NCBI RefSeq assembly: GCF_009914755.1
Contig: NC_060947.1
Origin: the human T2T-CHM13v2.0 reference genome, Homo sapiens
Strand: one strand, 5' to 3'
Length of the DNA: 64,000 nucleotides
Position numbers and translations under genes: made by a program. Positions 48,880 through 64,000 of this stretch are shown piece by piece; the stretch's first letter is position 1; every line of letters starts with the position of its first letter. The notes beneath the pieces are model-generated. The model was not told the origin of the DNA. It saw nothing but the letters and a program-made list of their open reading frames with translations, and ran no database searches.

Positions 48880-49810
48880 GTATTGGTCTCCTAGGGCCAC
48901 TGTAACAAAATACCACAAACTGGGTGGCTGAAACAACAGGTGCTTATTGTCTCACAGTCCTGGAGGCTGGAAGTCCAAGATCCAAGCGTTGGTAGGGCCA
49001 GGGACTCCTGAAACATGCAGGGAATCCCCGCCTTTGCCTCTTCTAGCTTCTCGTGGTCTGCGGGCGGTCTCTGGCGCTCCTTGGCTCCTAGATGCACCCC
49101 CCTCTCTCCTCTGCCTCCCCGAGGCATTCCCCTGGGAATCGTACTTTGTCTTCTGAGCATGTGTGTCCAAATCTCCACCCCCACCCCCCAACTTTTTGAG
49201 ACAGGGTCTCACTTGGTCACCCAGGCTGGAATACAGTAGCATGATCATAGCTCACTGCAGCCTCCAACTCCTGGGCCCAAGGGATCCTCCTGCTTCAGGT
49301 TCCTGAGTAGCTGGGACCACAGGTGTGCACCACCACATGGGCTAATTTTTTCATCTTTTGTAGACACGGGGTCTTGCTATGTTGCCCCGGGGGATCTTGA
49401 ACTCCTGGCCTCAAGTGATCCTCCTGCGTCGGCCTCCCAAAGTGCTGGGATTATAGGGGTGAGCCAATGCACCTGGCTCAAATATCCCCCCTTTTTAAAA
49501 GACACCAGGCTGGTCCGAGTGCAGTGGTGTTTGCAGCTAGTTGATGACAACCAGTTAGAGATTTCTTTGTTCCTTCCCCACTCCCACTGTTTCACTTGAC
49601 TAGTTAAAAAAAATAAAAAGAAAGATTTAAAAAAGAAAAAAAAAAAGTCCAAAACACCAGTCATACTGGATTAGGGCCCACATTCCAGAACCCATTTTCA
49701 TTTGATTTTCTTTGTAAAGACCCTATTTCCAAAGAAGGTCACATTCTGAGGTACTGGGGGTTAGGACTTCCATATATCATTTTTGGGTGACACAGTTAAA
49801 TCTGTAACAG
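48880..49810 (-). mobile_element. MLT1-type MaLR LTR interrupted by an Alu (about 49192-49479) and a Y3 retrocopy
   Basis: TGTATT..TCTCCTAGGGCCACTGTAACAAAATACCACAAACTGGGTGGC ... CACCAGTCATACTGGATTAGGGCCCA...GGTCACATTCTGAGGTACTGGGGGTTAGGACTTC. Confidence 0.75.
49508..49605 (+). pseudogene. Y3 RNA (RNY3-derived) processed pseudogene
   Basis: GGCTGGTCCGAGTGCAGTGGTGTTT...GATTTCTTTGTTCCTT..CCACTCCCACTG.TTCACTTGACTAG closely follows hY3; A-rich tail and TSD-like flanks. Confidence 0.92.
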
Positions 49811-50033
49811 TCCCTTCAGGGGAAAGAGAGTGTCCTTTGTTTCAGACACTGCCCAGAAGTTTCTTGAAAGTTTTCTAAAGGAATGAAGGATCCCAGAAAT
49901 AACACAGGGGCCATTACTTATTTAATAATAACTTTCTCATTGGCAATGAAAAGTGACTTCATATGCCATCCAAAAAAGTCAGTACATTTTCAAACCCTTC
50001 ATACAGGCGGGGCACGGTGGCTCTCGCCTGTTA

Positions 50034-50310
<277 letters not shown>

Positions 50311-51061
50311 CTAAACAAAAACAAGAGGAGGCGGGGAGCCAGGCATGCCCTGCGGAGGAATCGAGCCAGTCACAGCCTTCAGCTCTCTCCCTGGTTTCCC
50401 GGAAGTCAGCAGCAGGTCAAAAAGCAGCCAGCCATGGCTCTCAGGTGGGCCTCATGTTTTCCTCGTCACCAGCTGCTGTTTATTCCAACGCTGCCATGGA
50501 AGCTGCAGGTTAGATCTACAACGGCCCCAACAGGGTCCACCGCACACGGTCAAAGTGCTGAGGACGGTCATTGCTGTCTTCCAGCCCAGGAGCTGAGGGT
50601 CCTCTTGGGATTGCAGGTATCAGAAGACTCTTGTCGACTTGAGGTCTTGGCCTGGGCTCTGAACCCAAGCAGCTGATAGGAGGTGAGAAGCTCTGAGACC
50701 CTTCTGCAGGGGCCTCGCCGGGCTGGAGAGAGCAGCCAAGGCACCCAAGCAGGCAGCACTCGGGACCCATTGAACATGCTGCCCTCACCTCAACCGGCAG
50801 AAACCTGCACTCACACCTCCAAGTTCCTTCTGCCCAAGAGGGAAGCAGAGAGCCTGGCACAGACACAGGCCATGAAGGCACCGTGTTTGGCAGAGAAGCC
50901 AGGAAGACGCCTCTGGAATCGCGTTCTATCAGGGCCGTGTCCACACACTGCGGCCTCATCATCCATAAGCAATGGCCATTTGGCCTTTTGTGACCCTGCT
51001 GTCTCAAGGCAGTGCCCCATGGAAGGTCAGTGCTGGTAATGGCATCCTAGGGCTAGAGCTC

Positions 51062-51412
51062 TGCATTAGTCTGTTCTCATGCTGCTATGAAGAAATACCT
51101 GAGACTGGGTAATTTATAAAGAGGTTTAATTGATTCACAGTTCCACGCGGCTGGGGAGGCCTCAGGACATTTACATCCATGGCAGAAGGCACCTCTTCAC
51201 AGGGCGGCAGGAGAGAGAATGAGAACCAGCAAAGGCGGAAGCCCCTTATAAAACCATCAGATCTCGTGAGAACTCACTATCAGAAGAACTGGATGGGGGA
51301 AATCACCCCCATGATTCAATTATCCCCACCGGGTCCCTCCCACAACACGTGGGGATTATGGGAACTACAATTCAAGATGAGATTTGGGTGGGGACATGGC
51401 CAAACCACATCA
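51062..51412 (-). mobile_element. THE1 solo LTR
   Basis: TGCATTAGTCTGTTCTCATGCTGCTA...GAGATTTGGGTGGGGACA...CCAAACCACATCA. Confidence 0.88.
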
Positions 51413-51764
51413 AGCCCCTTACATGTTTCTAAGCATACATGAGGCCAGAAGCTGCACACCCAACCTTGGGTACACCGGGGTGTCCTGGCATCAGCTTCCC
51501 GTGAGGTCACAAGGAAGGACATCCCTTTCCACAATCTTGGCTGCTCGGCGGTAAAACCCCCACCCGCAATGCTCAATCTGCACTATGTTGGCCCCAGTAC
51601 ATGGGCTGCCCTTCCTGTTAGCTCGGGGAGGGTTGTTGGAATGATAAGGGATATATTTACCTGATAGCCCAACTCCCACCTCTCCAGAAGCCAGTCAGAA
51701 ACCTGTCCCCCAAAGGCACAGATCCCACATGGCCTTTGAGCCTTACCCACTGTAAGAGCAAACA

Positions 51765-52820
<1,056 letters not shown>

Positions 52821-52853
52821 CACGCCCAACCTCAATCACGAAGCATGACTTAC

Positions 52854-53011
52854 TTTGAACATGGCTGCCTGCGGCTCACCAAGCTCATGGAACGGAGGCT
52901 TGCTGGTGGCCATCTCAATGATGGTGCAGCCCAGGGACCAGATATCGGCTGGGGCACCATATCCGCGAGGCCCTTGGTCAATTATCTCAGGTGCCATGTA
53001 CTGCAGGGTGC
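52854..53011 (-). CDS. MAP3K15: MAP3K15 kinase exon ([53 protein letters not shown]); earlier exons not found in the window
   Basis: TAG acceptor, GTAAGT donor, 158 nt; APE and DIWSLG kinase motifs typical of ASK1/ASK3. Confidence 0.98.
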
Positions 53012-54686
53012 CTATTTGGAAAACAAACAAACAGGCTGTGGGTACCATATTGCTCAGAAACTAAGTGGCCTGTAGTCCCAGCTACTCGGGAGGCTGAGGC
53101 AGGAGGATCACCTGAGCCCAGGTGTTGGAGACCAGCCTGGACAATGTAACAAGACCTTGTCTCAAAAACAAAACAAAACAAAAAACCCACCACTAACTGT
53201 GAAATGAATGGCTTCACAAATGGCAGATGGAGTCTTGTCCCATGCATAAATAATATGGTTGCTTCTTTTTTTTTTTTGAGACAGAGTCTTGCTCTGTCGC
53301 CCAGGCTGGAGTGCAGTGGCGTGATCTCGGCTCACCGCGAACTCCGCCTCCCGGGTTCAAGCGATTCTCACGCCATAGCCACCCAAGTAGTTGGGATTAG
53401 AGGCACACACCACCATGCCCGGCTAATTTTTGTATTTTTAGTAGAGACGAGGTTTTACCATGTGGGCCAGGCTGGTCTCTCTGACCTCAGGTGATGTGCC
53501 TGCCTCAGCTTCCCAAAGTGCTGGGATTATAGGCGTGAGCCACTGCTCCTGGCCTGACTGCATATTTCTTTGAGCAGAGGCATGCAACATGCCTTCCTTT
53601 AATACTAACCACGTGGAGAGAGGACTGCCTGGCCCATCAAAGGACAAATGGCGCAATTCAGTCAGCACATATTAGTACATGCCAAATACAGGGAAGCCAG
53701 AACGTGAGAAACACAGCCTGATGGTAGGGAGGTGCCTAGTGGAGGAGACAAAGACAGAATGCTGGCAGCGGTGGCAGTAATGGCAAAATGTGGTAGGTGC
53801 TAGGACAGAGAAATACACAGAAGGCTGCAAGAGCATTAATAAAATAGGGTTTGACTCTCTGCCTGGTTCGGGTCAGGAAACACTATGGCTGTGTCCATTT
53901 GGGCCTCTGAGGAGTAAAATGCCAAGACGAGATGAGACATATGAGAGATTTATTGGGGAGAAGGTCTCTGAAGGACAAAGCGGGAGGGAGCAGGGTGGGC
54001 AGGGCCGGCTGCGGACCACATGGCAGGTGCAACACCTGGGAGCGGAGAGGAAGGCAGAATCAGGAAGAATCTGGGATGGGAGAGCAGCCCGGAGAGGGCT
54101 TCAGCCAGGCTGCTGGGGAGTCTGCAGCCCCAAGTCATCCACTGGAGGAGTCCCACCTGGGTTCTAGCACCCCTGCCAGGCTCAGGCCTTGGTGGGGAGC
54201 AGCCTGGGTAAAGTGTAACTTTGCTGGGTTGGTAGCCGGGGCTGTCAGGGAAGCAGGGTCCTGCTGCGAAGGCTGGAGGGCTGGACAAAGGGGATCATGG
54301 GTGTGAGATAGACAGCGGTCCGGGGAACAAGCGATGTCTGACACGGGGCAGGGTGTGGGAATAGTTAAGGAGGCAATGGCAAGGGCACAGGCCCAGTGGC
54401 AAGCAGGGTGGGCCCAGGGCTCTGGCTTTGGACGTGCTCTTGTGGGAGACAGCACACGGGGAGGTCAGTCAAGGGCTCTGCGAATAACATCCTTCGTTTT
54501 CCTTGAAACTCAGCCTGTGCAAAGGGGACGTGTGTGAAAGTGACAGCAGCTCCTGGGGGCTGGCAAAGAAATTTAGAAAAAGACAGCAAAGTCAGAGCTC
54601 TGACCTTGGCCACGCATGAATAGAACACTGAAACCCAGAGAAATTCAAAGGCCTATCTGAGGATTACACAACTAAAGGTTTAATCA

Positions 54687-55093
<407 letters not shown>

Positions 55094-56234
55094 TTAAATA
55101 CTCTAGGGGCAGCTGTGACGGATGGAATGTCCTGCGCTGATGGCAACGTTCTATCCTGTGTGGTTAAATATGGTAGTCACTAGCCTCATATATTTGACTG
55201 TTGGGCCCTTGAAATGTAGCTAGTGAGACTGAAGAAATGCATTTTTAAGTTTTAATTGTATTCAATTACAAGTGACTTAAATATAAACTTAAATATGAAT
55301 TGGGTTGTATCAGTGAGCACAACAGATCGATGAGGAACAAATGATGGCTTTGGTCTCCAGAGCTGATGCCCTGGCGGGGAAATGTTCAGTGAGTTGCAGA
55401 GTTGGGCAACATGGCAGCGCATTACACTTGATGCCCTGTTAGGAAATCCCAGAGCCCCAAGAAGGGAACATCCGATGACACAATATCCCCTATGGGCTCT
55501 TGCTGCTGTAACAGAGGGAGAGGTCTTGGCAGGGAATGTGCCTTCTAACGAATCCCTAATTGAGGAAGGATCCGATACTGTGCTGCTTATGAAGCTACCC
55601 TCTCTCAGCTCTGCTCTGTGATGCTGAGTCTGGGACTCTGCTTCGCCTGCAGCTCCCCATTAGGCTCCGCAACCAGGTGGCGCTAAAGAGAGACCCTGGA
55701 AGGATGCGGGAGGAAGCGGAGACCTGCTGTGTGCTTGCTGTGGCCCTAAGCTTGGCGTTGGACCCTCAGTCGGCCCCAGTCTCCCGCTGTGTGTCACCCC
55801 GTACTTCCAGAACCAGCCTCATCTTGCCCCTCAGAGGTACCTGCTCCAGCCTGGTGACACTCCCTCCGAACAAGTTCTAATCTCACCCTCCCATTTGACC
55901 CCCAAGCCCCAGGGGTACAGGCTTCCTGATACCTCAGGGCCTCCCTTTCTGCCTTTCTGGTTTTTGGTAACCAGCAAACAGTTATTTCTATTAAATTCTC
56001 TCCATGGAAATAACTGGGGTTATTTTTGTTTTTCTGCCTGGACCCTGACTAATATAATCACTAAATTTATTTCTTCAAAGAGCAAGAGAATACATTTATA
56101 GATGTATCCAGCAGTAGAAAAGAAACGCTAAACCAAACATCAATGGCTAATTGGCTCTGGTCAAATAACTGTCCATCCTGGTACAATTATTTCCTAATTG
56201 AAGCCTATTTAGTCTGCTTAATTCTAAATTTGGA

Positions 56235-57715
<1,481 letters not shown>

Positions 57716-58928
57716 AAAAATATGGAGCCATGGTGAACAGCACTCTTTCTAAAGGCAAGGATTTAATAATGACATTCATATTAGTTATTTACTGCTGTTT
57801 AAGAAATGATCCCCCAAATCTATCAACTCAAACAACAAATAGTTAGGTCTTACAGCGTTTCTAAGGGTTGAAATCCAGCAGCAACTAACTAGCTGGGTGG
57901 ACCTGGCTCAGGGTCTCCCAGGAAGTTGCAGTCCAGATGTCAGCTGGGGCTACAGTCATCTGAAGGCTGGACTGGGGCTGGAGGATCAGTTTCCAAGCTC
58001 ACTAAGGATAGAGCTAGTGGGGGGCTTCAGTTTTTCATTACATGGGATCCTCCATAGGACTGGTTTGAGACATGGCTTCCCTCAGAGAGACTGATCCGAG
58101 AGAAAGAGGAATGGCACACTGCCTTTTATGACCTAGTGTCCAGGTCACACACCATCACTCCCACTTCTTCCTATTCATCAGAAGCAAGTTGCTAAGTCCA
58201 GTCCACATTCAACGGGAGGGAACTACGCAAGGGTGTGACTATCAGGAGGTAGGGATCATTGGGGGTCATTTTGGAGGCTGCCTGCCACAAATCTGACTCC
58301 TGGTGAGCACTTGATGGCTTACCAATTGTCTCCACATAGCCTTGTCCATCTGACTCAAACGACTCTGGAAGGTTAGGCAGAGGAAGCACTATCTACCATT
58401 ATTCCTACTTTACACAGGAGGCAACTGAGGTTCAGAGAGGCTAAAGGATTCGCTTAGGCTAGAACCCATATCTTCTACCTTCAAGTTCAGAACTACACAC
58501 CATGACATCACTCATCCATACACTACATCAAGAAGAAGCGCTGCTGGAAAAAAAAAGCTGCCTGAATAAGAGTAGCACGTGTAAGGATTTCCAAAGCCAT
58601 ATTGGAGCATCTTTCCATGTAACTGGAAGGTACAGGGCACTAATGGAAAACTGGGTGCTCCATTTTATTCACTACTGTATTCACAAGGTAACCATCCACT
58701 CTCAGAACAGCTAACAGAGAGAGATAAATGCACACAACTATTTCAGATACTCAAGGGAACACTCCCTGGCAGGATGCATGTTGGGTGTGTACATCAGCTA
58801 ACCCAAAGGCTGGATTCTGTCAAGAAAACCAAGTGAAGATGGCATTGTGGGGCATCTGAATCACGCACAAATCCTGGAAAATTGGGTTTCCTTCAATCTG
58901 GCTCTCATAGGCCAGGCACGGTGGCTCA

Positions 58929-59249
<321 letters not shown>

Positions 59250-61509
59250 CTATATTTCCTCCAAGGTATGCCCTACCACACTGGTCACTGGTCACAGCCC
59301 ACTACGGCTCTTAGGTACCTACACCAGTGCAGTGGTGCAGAGTTCAGAACAAGGTGACCAAGAGACCCACAGGCACTGACTCAGCCCCCCTAGGGCACAA
59401 AATCCACTGGGGACTCCTGGAGAATTGTCCAATAGGATTTTCAGATTACCAGCAAAGAAGACACACAGCAGAAGACACAAGTTTATAACCGAGGCCCAGG
59501 GACCTTCTAATCTGATCAAGGGGCTGAGAGAGTTGACAGAGTAGTTTAGGGGGGTGGTGCTGAGACAGCTTCTTTAGAGAGAGCTATGCTGGGCTGCCTA
59601 CCCTCTCCCAAGTTACAGGATTTGGGGCAGGACTGTCCCCAAAAGGGCGTGGGCCCAGGGCAACTCAAGCCACTCAATACCAACTTATGATCATCACATC
59701 TTCCACAGGCCCTTGGAGATACCGTTAGAGCCTAAATTTCAAGATTTCATATTAATCAAGTACAGAAAAGAAAAGTAAGGTACGATTTTCCCATAGTCCA
59801 GGGGACTACCCTAGTTGACCTGACCAAGGGATAAGCCTGGTGGAAAGGTGGCGCCACTTGTTCCTAACCCAAAGCCTTTGAAGGGGGCTTCACTGAGCGA
59901 CTCAGCTCCATGTGTATGTGTTCCTGTAGGTAAATTACACAGTGGACTGGCACCCAAGTGAGCAAAGGTTAACTTCCAGCAGCAGACAGGGGGCTGTAAG
60001 GTGTGGGGATACTGCCACACCCTCTCAACAGTGGGCTGAAGCTGCTTGAACTCTGGACACCAGATGGGGGACCCTATTACAGAAATACTGCCTTAGGGTT
60101 TATCTTTTATTTGTATTATTTATTTGATTGATTGACTGATTGACAGGGTCTCATTCTGTCGCCCAGGCTGGAGTGCAGTGGCACAATTATGACTCACTGC
60201 AGCCTCATTCTCCTGGGCTCAAGTGATTCTCTCACCTCAGCCTCCCGAGTAGCTGAGACTACAAGTGCGCACCACCACACCCAGCTGATTTTTATATTTT
60301 TGGTAAAGACGGGGCCTCACTATGTTGGCCAGGCTGGTCTCAAACTCCTGGGCTCAAGCGATCCTCCCACCTCAGCCTCCCAGAGAGCTGGGATTACAGG
60401 CGTGCCCAGCATATGGTCTTCTTAAAAGGAATCCTGGGAGTCTCTCTCAGAACCTATTCTGGTTCCAGGGGCTGCCCAATAAAAAAATAAAGAAAAAAGA
60501 AAAGGAATTCCTGCTCAAACGCAGTCCTCCACGATCTGAATCCCTCAACAGAAAGAGATGGAAGGAGGAGGTGATGTAAGGGGTAAATAACTGGGAGGAG
60601 GGGGCTGTCAGCCAAAGGACAGGCCCCTGCCCACGACACAGGAGTTACATCCAGAGGGAGCCAGCGAGGGAAGATAACTAAACATCAGCCAGGCCCACAG
60701 CACGCAAAGCCAGCTTCCAACAGTGCTAGTCAAGTAACAACTTTCCCTGCCCCTGTCCTCTCCTTCCTGCAGCTGGTGATTAGGGAGAAAAAGACAACAC
60801 CCAGCTCCTGACCACAGGTCGCTGCCTGCAGGGAGACGGGAGAGGGGTCTGACTTTTGAATGAGGACCAGAGCGTTGATCAGTATCAGCCTGAATCTTTT
60901 TTTTTGAGACAGGGTCTTGCTCTGTCACCCAGGCTGGAGTGCAGTGGCACAATCGGCTCATGCAACCTCCGCCTCCCGGCTTCAAGCGATGAGTCCTTTT
61001 TAATTCCTGAATTCAGACTGTGTGCGCTCCTTCAAGTGTCATTATGACTTTCTCTGTTATGTAAGGGTGGCTGGAAAAGTCAAAGGAAAGAACTCCCGCC
61101 CCAGGCAGGATGAAAAGTGGGAGAGAAAAATCCAGTGGCTTTTGTGATTACACCCTTTGAGTCCAATGGGTTCAACACGTTAGTTACACACACAAACTCA
61201 GTTCTCTCAAAGGCTCCTTCCAGCTCTAATAACCCATGACTTCTAAGTACAAGCGAGTATTTAATTAGCAAACACTTCAATTGCACTTGCTATGTGCCAG
61301 GGACCAGTCAAAGCACTTCATCAGTAACTCACTTTACCCTCATAAAAACCCTATGAGTAGGTACAACGAGCATTTCTATTTTACTTACGAAGAAACTGAG
61401 GCACATGGAGGTTAAGTAATATGCCCAAGGTCACACAGCTAGCAAGTGGTTGGGCCAGGATTTGAACCAACGATGTTTGCAGCCAGACGAGAACAGACTT
61501 CCTGTCCCG

Positions 61510-62055
61510 AGTTCTCCCTCTAGGTATCTACCCAAGAAGGCTGAAAACACATGTTCACACACGCTTTGTATGTGAATGTTCACAGCATCATTATTCGCAG
61601 TGGCCAAAAAGTAGAAACAATCCCAAATGACTGTTAACTGGTAAACGGATGAACAAAATGTGGTTCTCCACACAATGGAATGCCATTCAGCCATGAACAA
61701 CAACGAAGTACCCATACACACCACTGCATGGAGGAACTGCAAAAACAGGACTCAACGTGCAAGAAGCTACATGCAAAACCCCACATATTGTATTCATTCC
61801 AAGCATATGAATATCCACAACGGGCAAAGCCACACAAACACAACAAAGCAGATGAGTGATGAGCTGGGGCTGGAGTGGGAATGGGGATGAGTACCAAGGG
61901 GCACGGGGTCTGCTAGGTCCAGACACTGGATCGTGGTGATGGCTGAGCAACTCAGTAAATTTACTGAAAACCAAAGAATTGAGTACTTCTAATGGGTGCT
62001 TTGATGATATGTCAGCTATACCTCGATAAGGCTGCTAAAAAAAAAAAAAAAAAAA
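61510..62055 (+). mobile_element. Ancient L1M-type 3' fragment
   Basis: CTAGGTATCTACCCAAG...GAATGTTCACAGCATCATTATTC...AAACAATCCCAAATG; degenerate poly(A) signal and A tail. Confidence 0.6.
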
Positions 62056-63024
62056 AGGCAGGGCTGACCCTGGCTATAACAGCCCTTCCTCCTGTTCTCG
62101 CAGGTTCCTATGTGTGGGGCAAACCCTTCAGAGGAACACAGGGAGGGAGGGCTCCAGGCCAGGAAGTTGACTGAAACCCTCTGGCTCTCCTGCCAGGCTG
62201 AGCAACCACAGACCCAGAGTTCTGCACCAACCAGCTGAGATTTCCTTACAGAACTGCTCTGTTTTGCAAAGAGCAATTATATGCGGGGGAATTTCCTAAC
62301 CAAAATGAGACCCCTTCCTTATTATCCCCCAAACACCCCTGCATTCTTTTGCAATGCAAAATCCGTGCCTCCCCAAGCCAATTACTTGGGAAGTGTGATA
62401 TGCAAGGATGAATTATACATGTGTTTCTTTGTGAGTTTGTTTCCTCCTCAGGGAAGCTAATTATGAGATAAATTGTTGGGGGTTTTATGTCTTCAAATAA
62501 CTCCTTGTCATATCAGAGCCCCTCTTGCTATGTATTGCCAAGCTAATTGGTGGCTTCCAAAGAGGAGGATACAAGTCATTTTCAATTAGGGTAGTAAAAT
62601 GCTAAAAGAAAATGAAGTGCTAGTCATACACACATATTCATATACACACATTGACAGATGTATACGTATATTTATACCAGAAACAATGAATGAAAATTCA
62701 ATGCACTCTTTCTTTGGGAGATTCTGATAGTGTCCCTGGTATAGTATTTTCCCATTTTCAGGCACATGTACCTCCCCTTGTGTTACAAGTGAGAAGTCAT
62801 TTTGTGATGTATTAAAATTCTCTTTAGATGGTGAATGTGTCTCCACTGTGGGTGTCCAGTGGCTGACACGCGACAACTCTCTCATTGACAAAAAGTCTTT
62901 CAAAGCTGACACATTATTTACCAAAAATAAGACCCAAGCTGTCCACCCTACAGCTTTGGTGACTGCAGAGATAGAGAACAGTCACCTGTCTTTTATAGCT
63001 TATTTCAGAGCTATATTATTTTAA

Positions 63025-63570
<546 letters not shown>

Positions 63571-64000
63571 AGCTGTTTCATAATTCCATCAAGCAAGATC
63601 TTTGTGATCTTTACGTTACTCCTTGGGGGACTATAAACCTTTACTTATTCAAAAATCAGTACTTCTTTCCAAGGATCAAAGTTCTTGTTATTAGTCAGGT
63701 TTAAGCAGGAATTTCCAATAGCCACAAGTAGCTTTTGACCATCATTCTACTTATTGATCTTACAACTGTGAAACTAGCTGGTAATTGTATACCACCCTTT
63801 GAACCCAGTCCCTCTCAATGCTCAAGTTATTCCATTACTGACACATGGACAAGAAAATCCAATTCCTCAAAATCACTTAGAATACCATATTCCCCAGGAA
63901 GAATTAGCCTCTCTTGGAAACACAATCATATCAAAACACAAGGTACCAGAATTCACTACAGTAACAGGCTATTTTTATGACAGACCAATAAAATGTCTTA

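Overview
Human-type, Alu-dense genomic DNA. From gene content I recognise it as the Xp22 PDHA1/MAP3K15 locus. The + strand carries the complete PDHA1 gene (pyruvate dehydrogenase E1 alpha): CpG-island promoter, 11 coding exons from 16756 to 32389, 1173 nt = 390 aa. It also carries an in-frame Alu-derived cassette exon and an alternative exon-4 acceptor. The - strand carries the last 11 coding exons of MAP3K15/ASK3 (53011 down to the stop at 33485), converging on PDHA1 and overlapping its long 3' UTR. The rest is Alu, L1, L2/MIR, MaLR/ERV LTRs, DNA-transposon MITEs and a Y3 RNA retrocopy. The most notable unexplained structure is an old degenerate tandem array of about 60-66 bp period (9 units, 6920-8503). 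Most units carry a CTCF-core-like motif plus a TGCA upstream module at near-fixed spacing, all on the same strand, and the array was later interrupted by Alus and a MER44-like element. Nearly all ORFs in the supplied track are Alu or low-complexity artefacts. Exon boundaries were checked by hand for GT-AG and reading phase. Repeat coordinates are approximate, family names are from recall, and only a selection of the Alus is listed.
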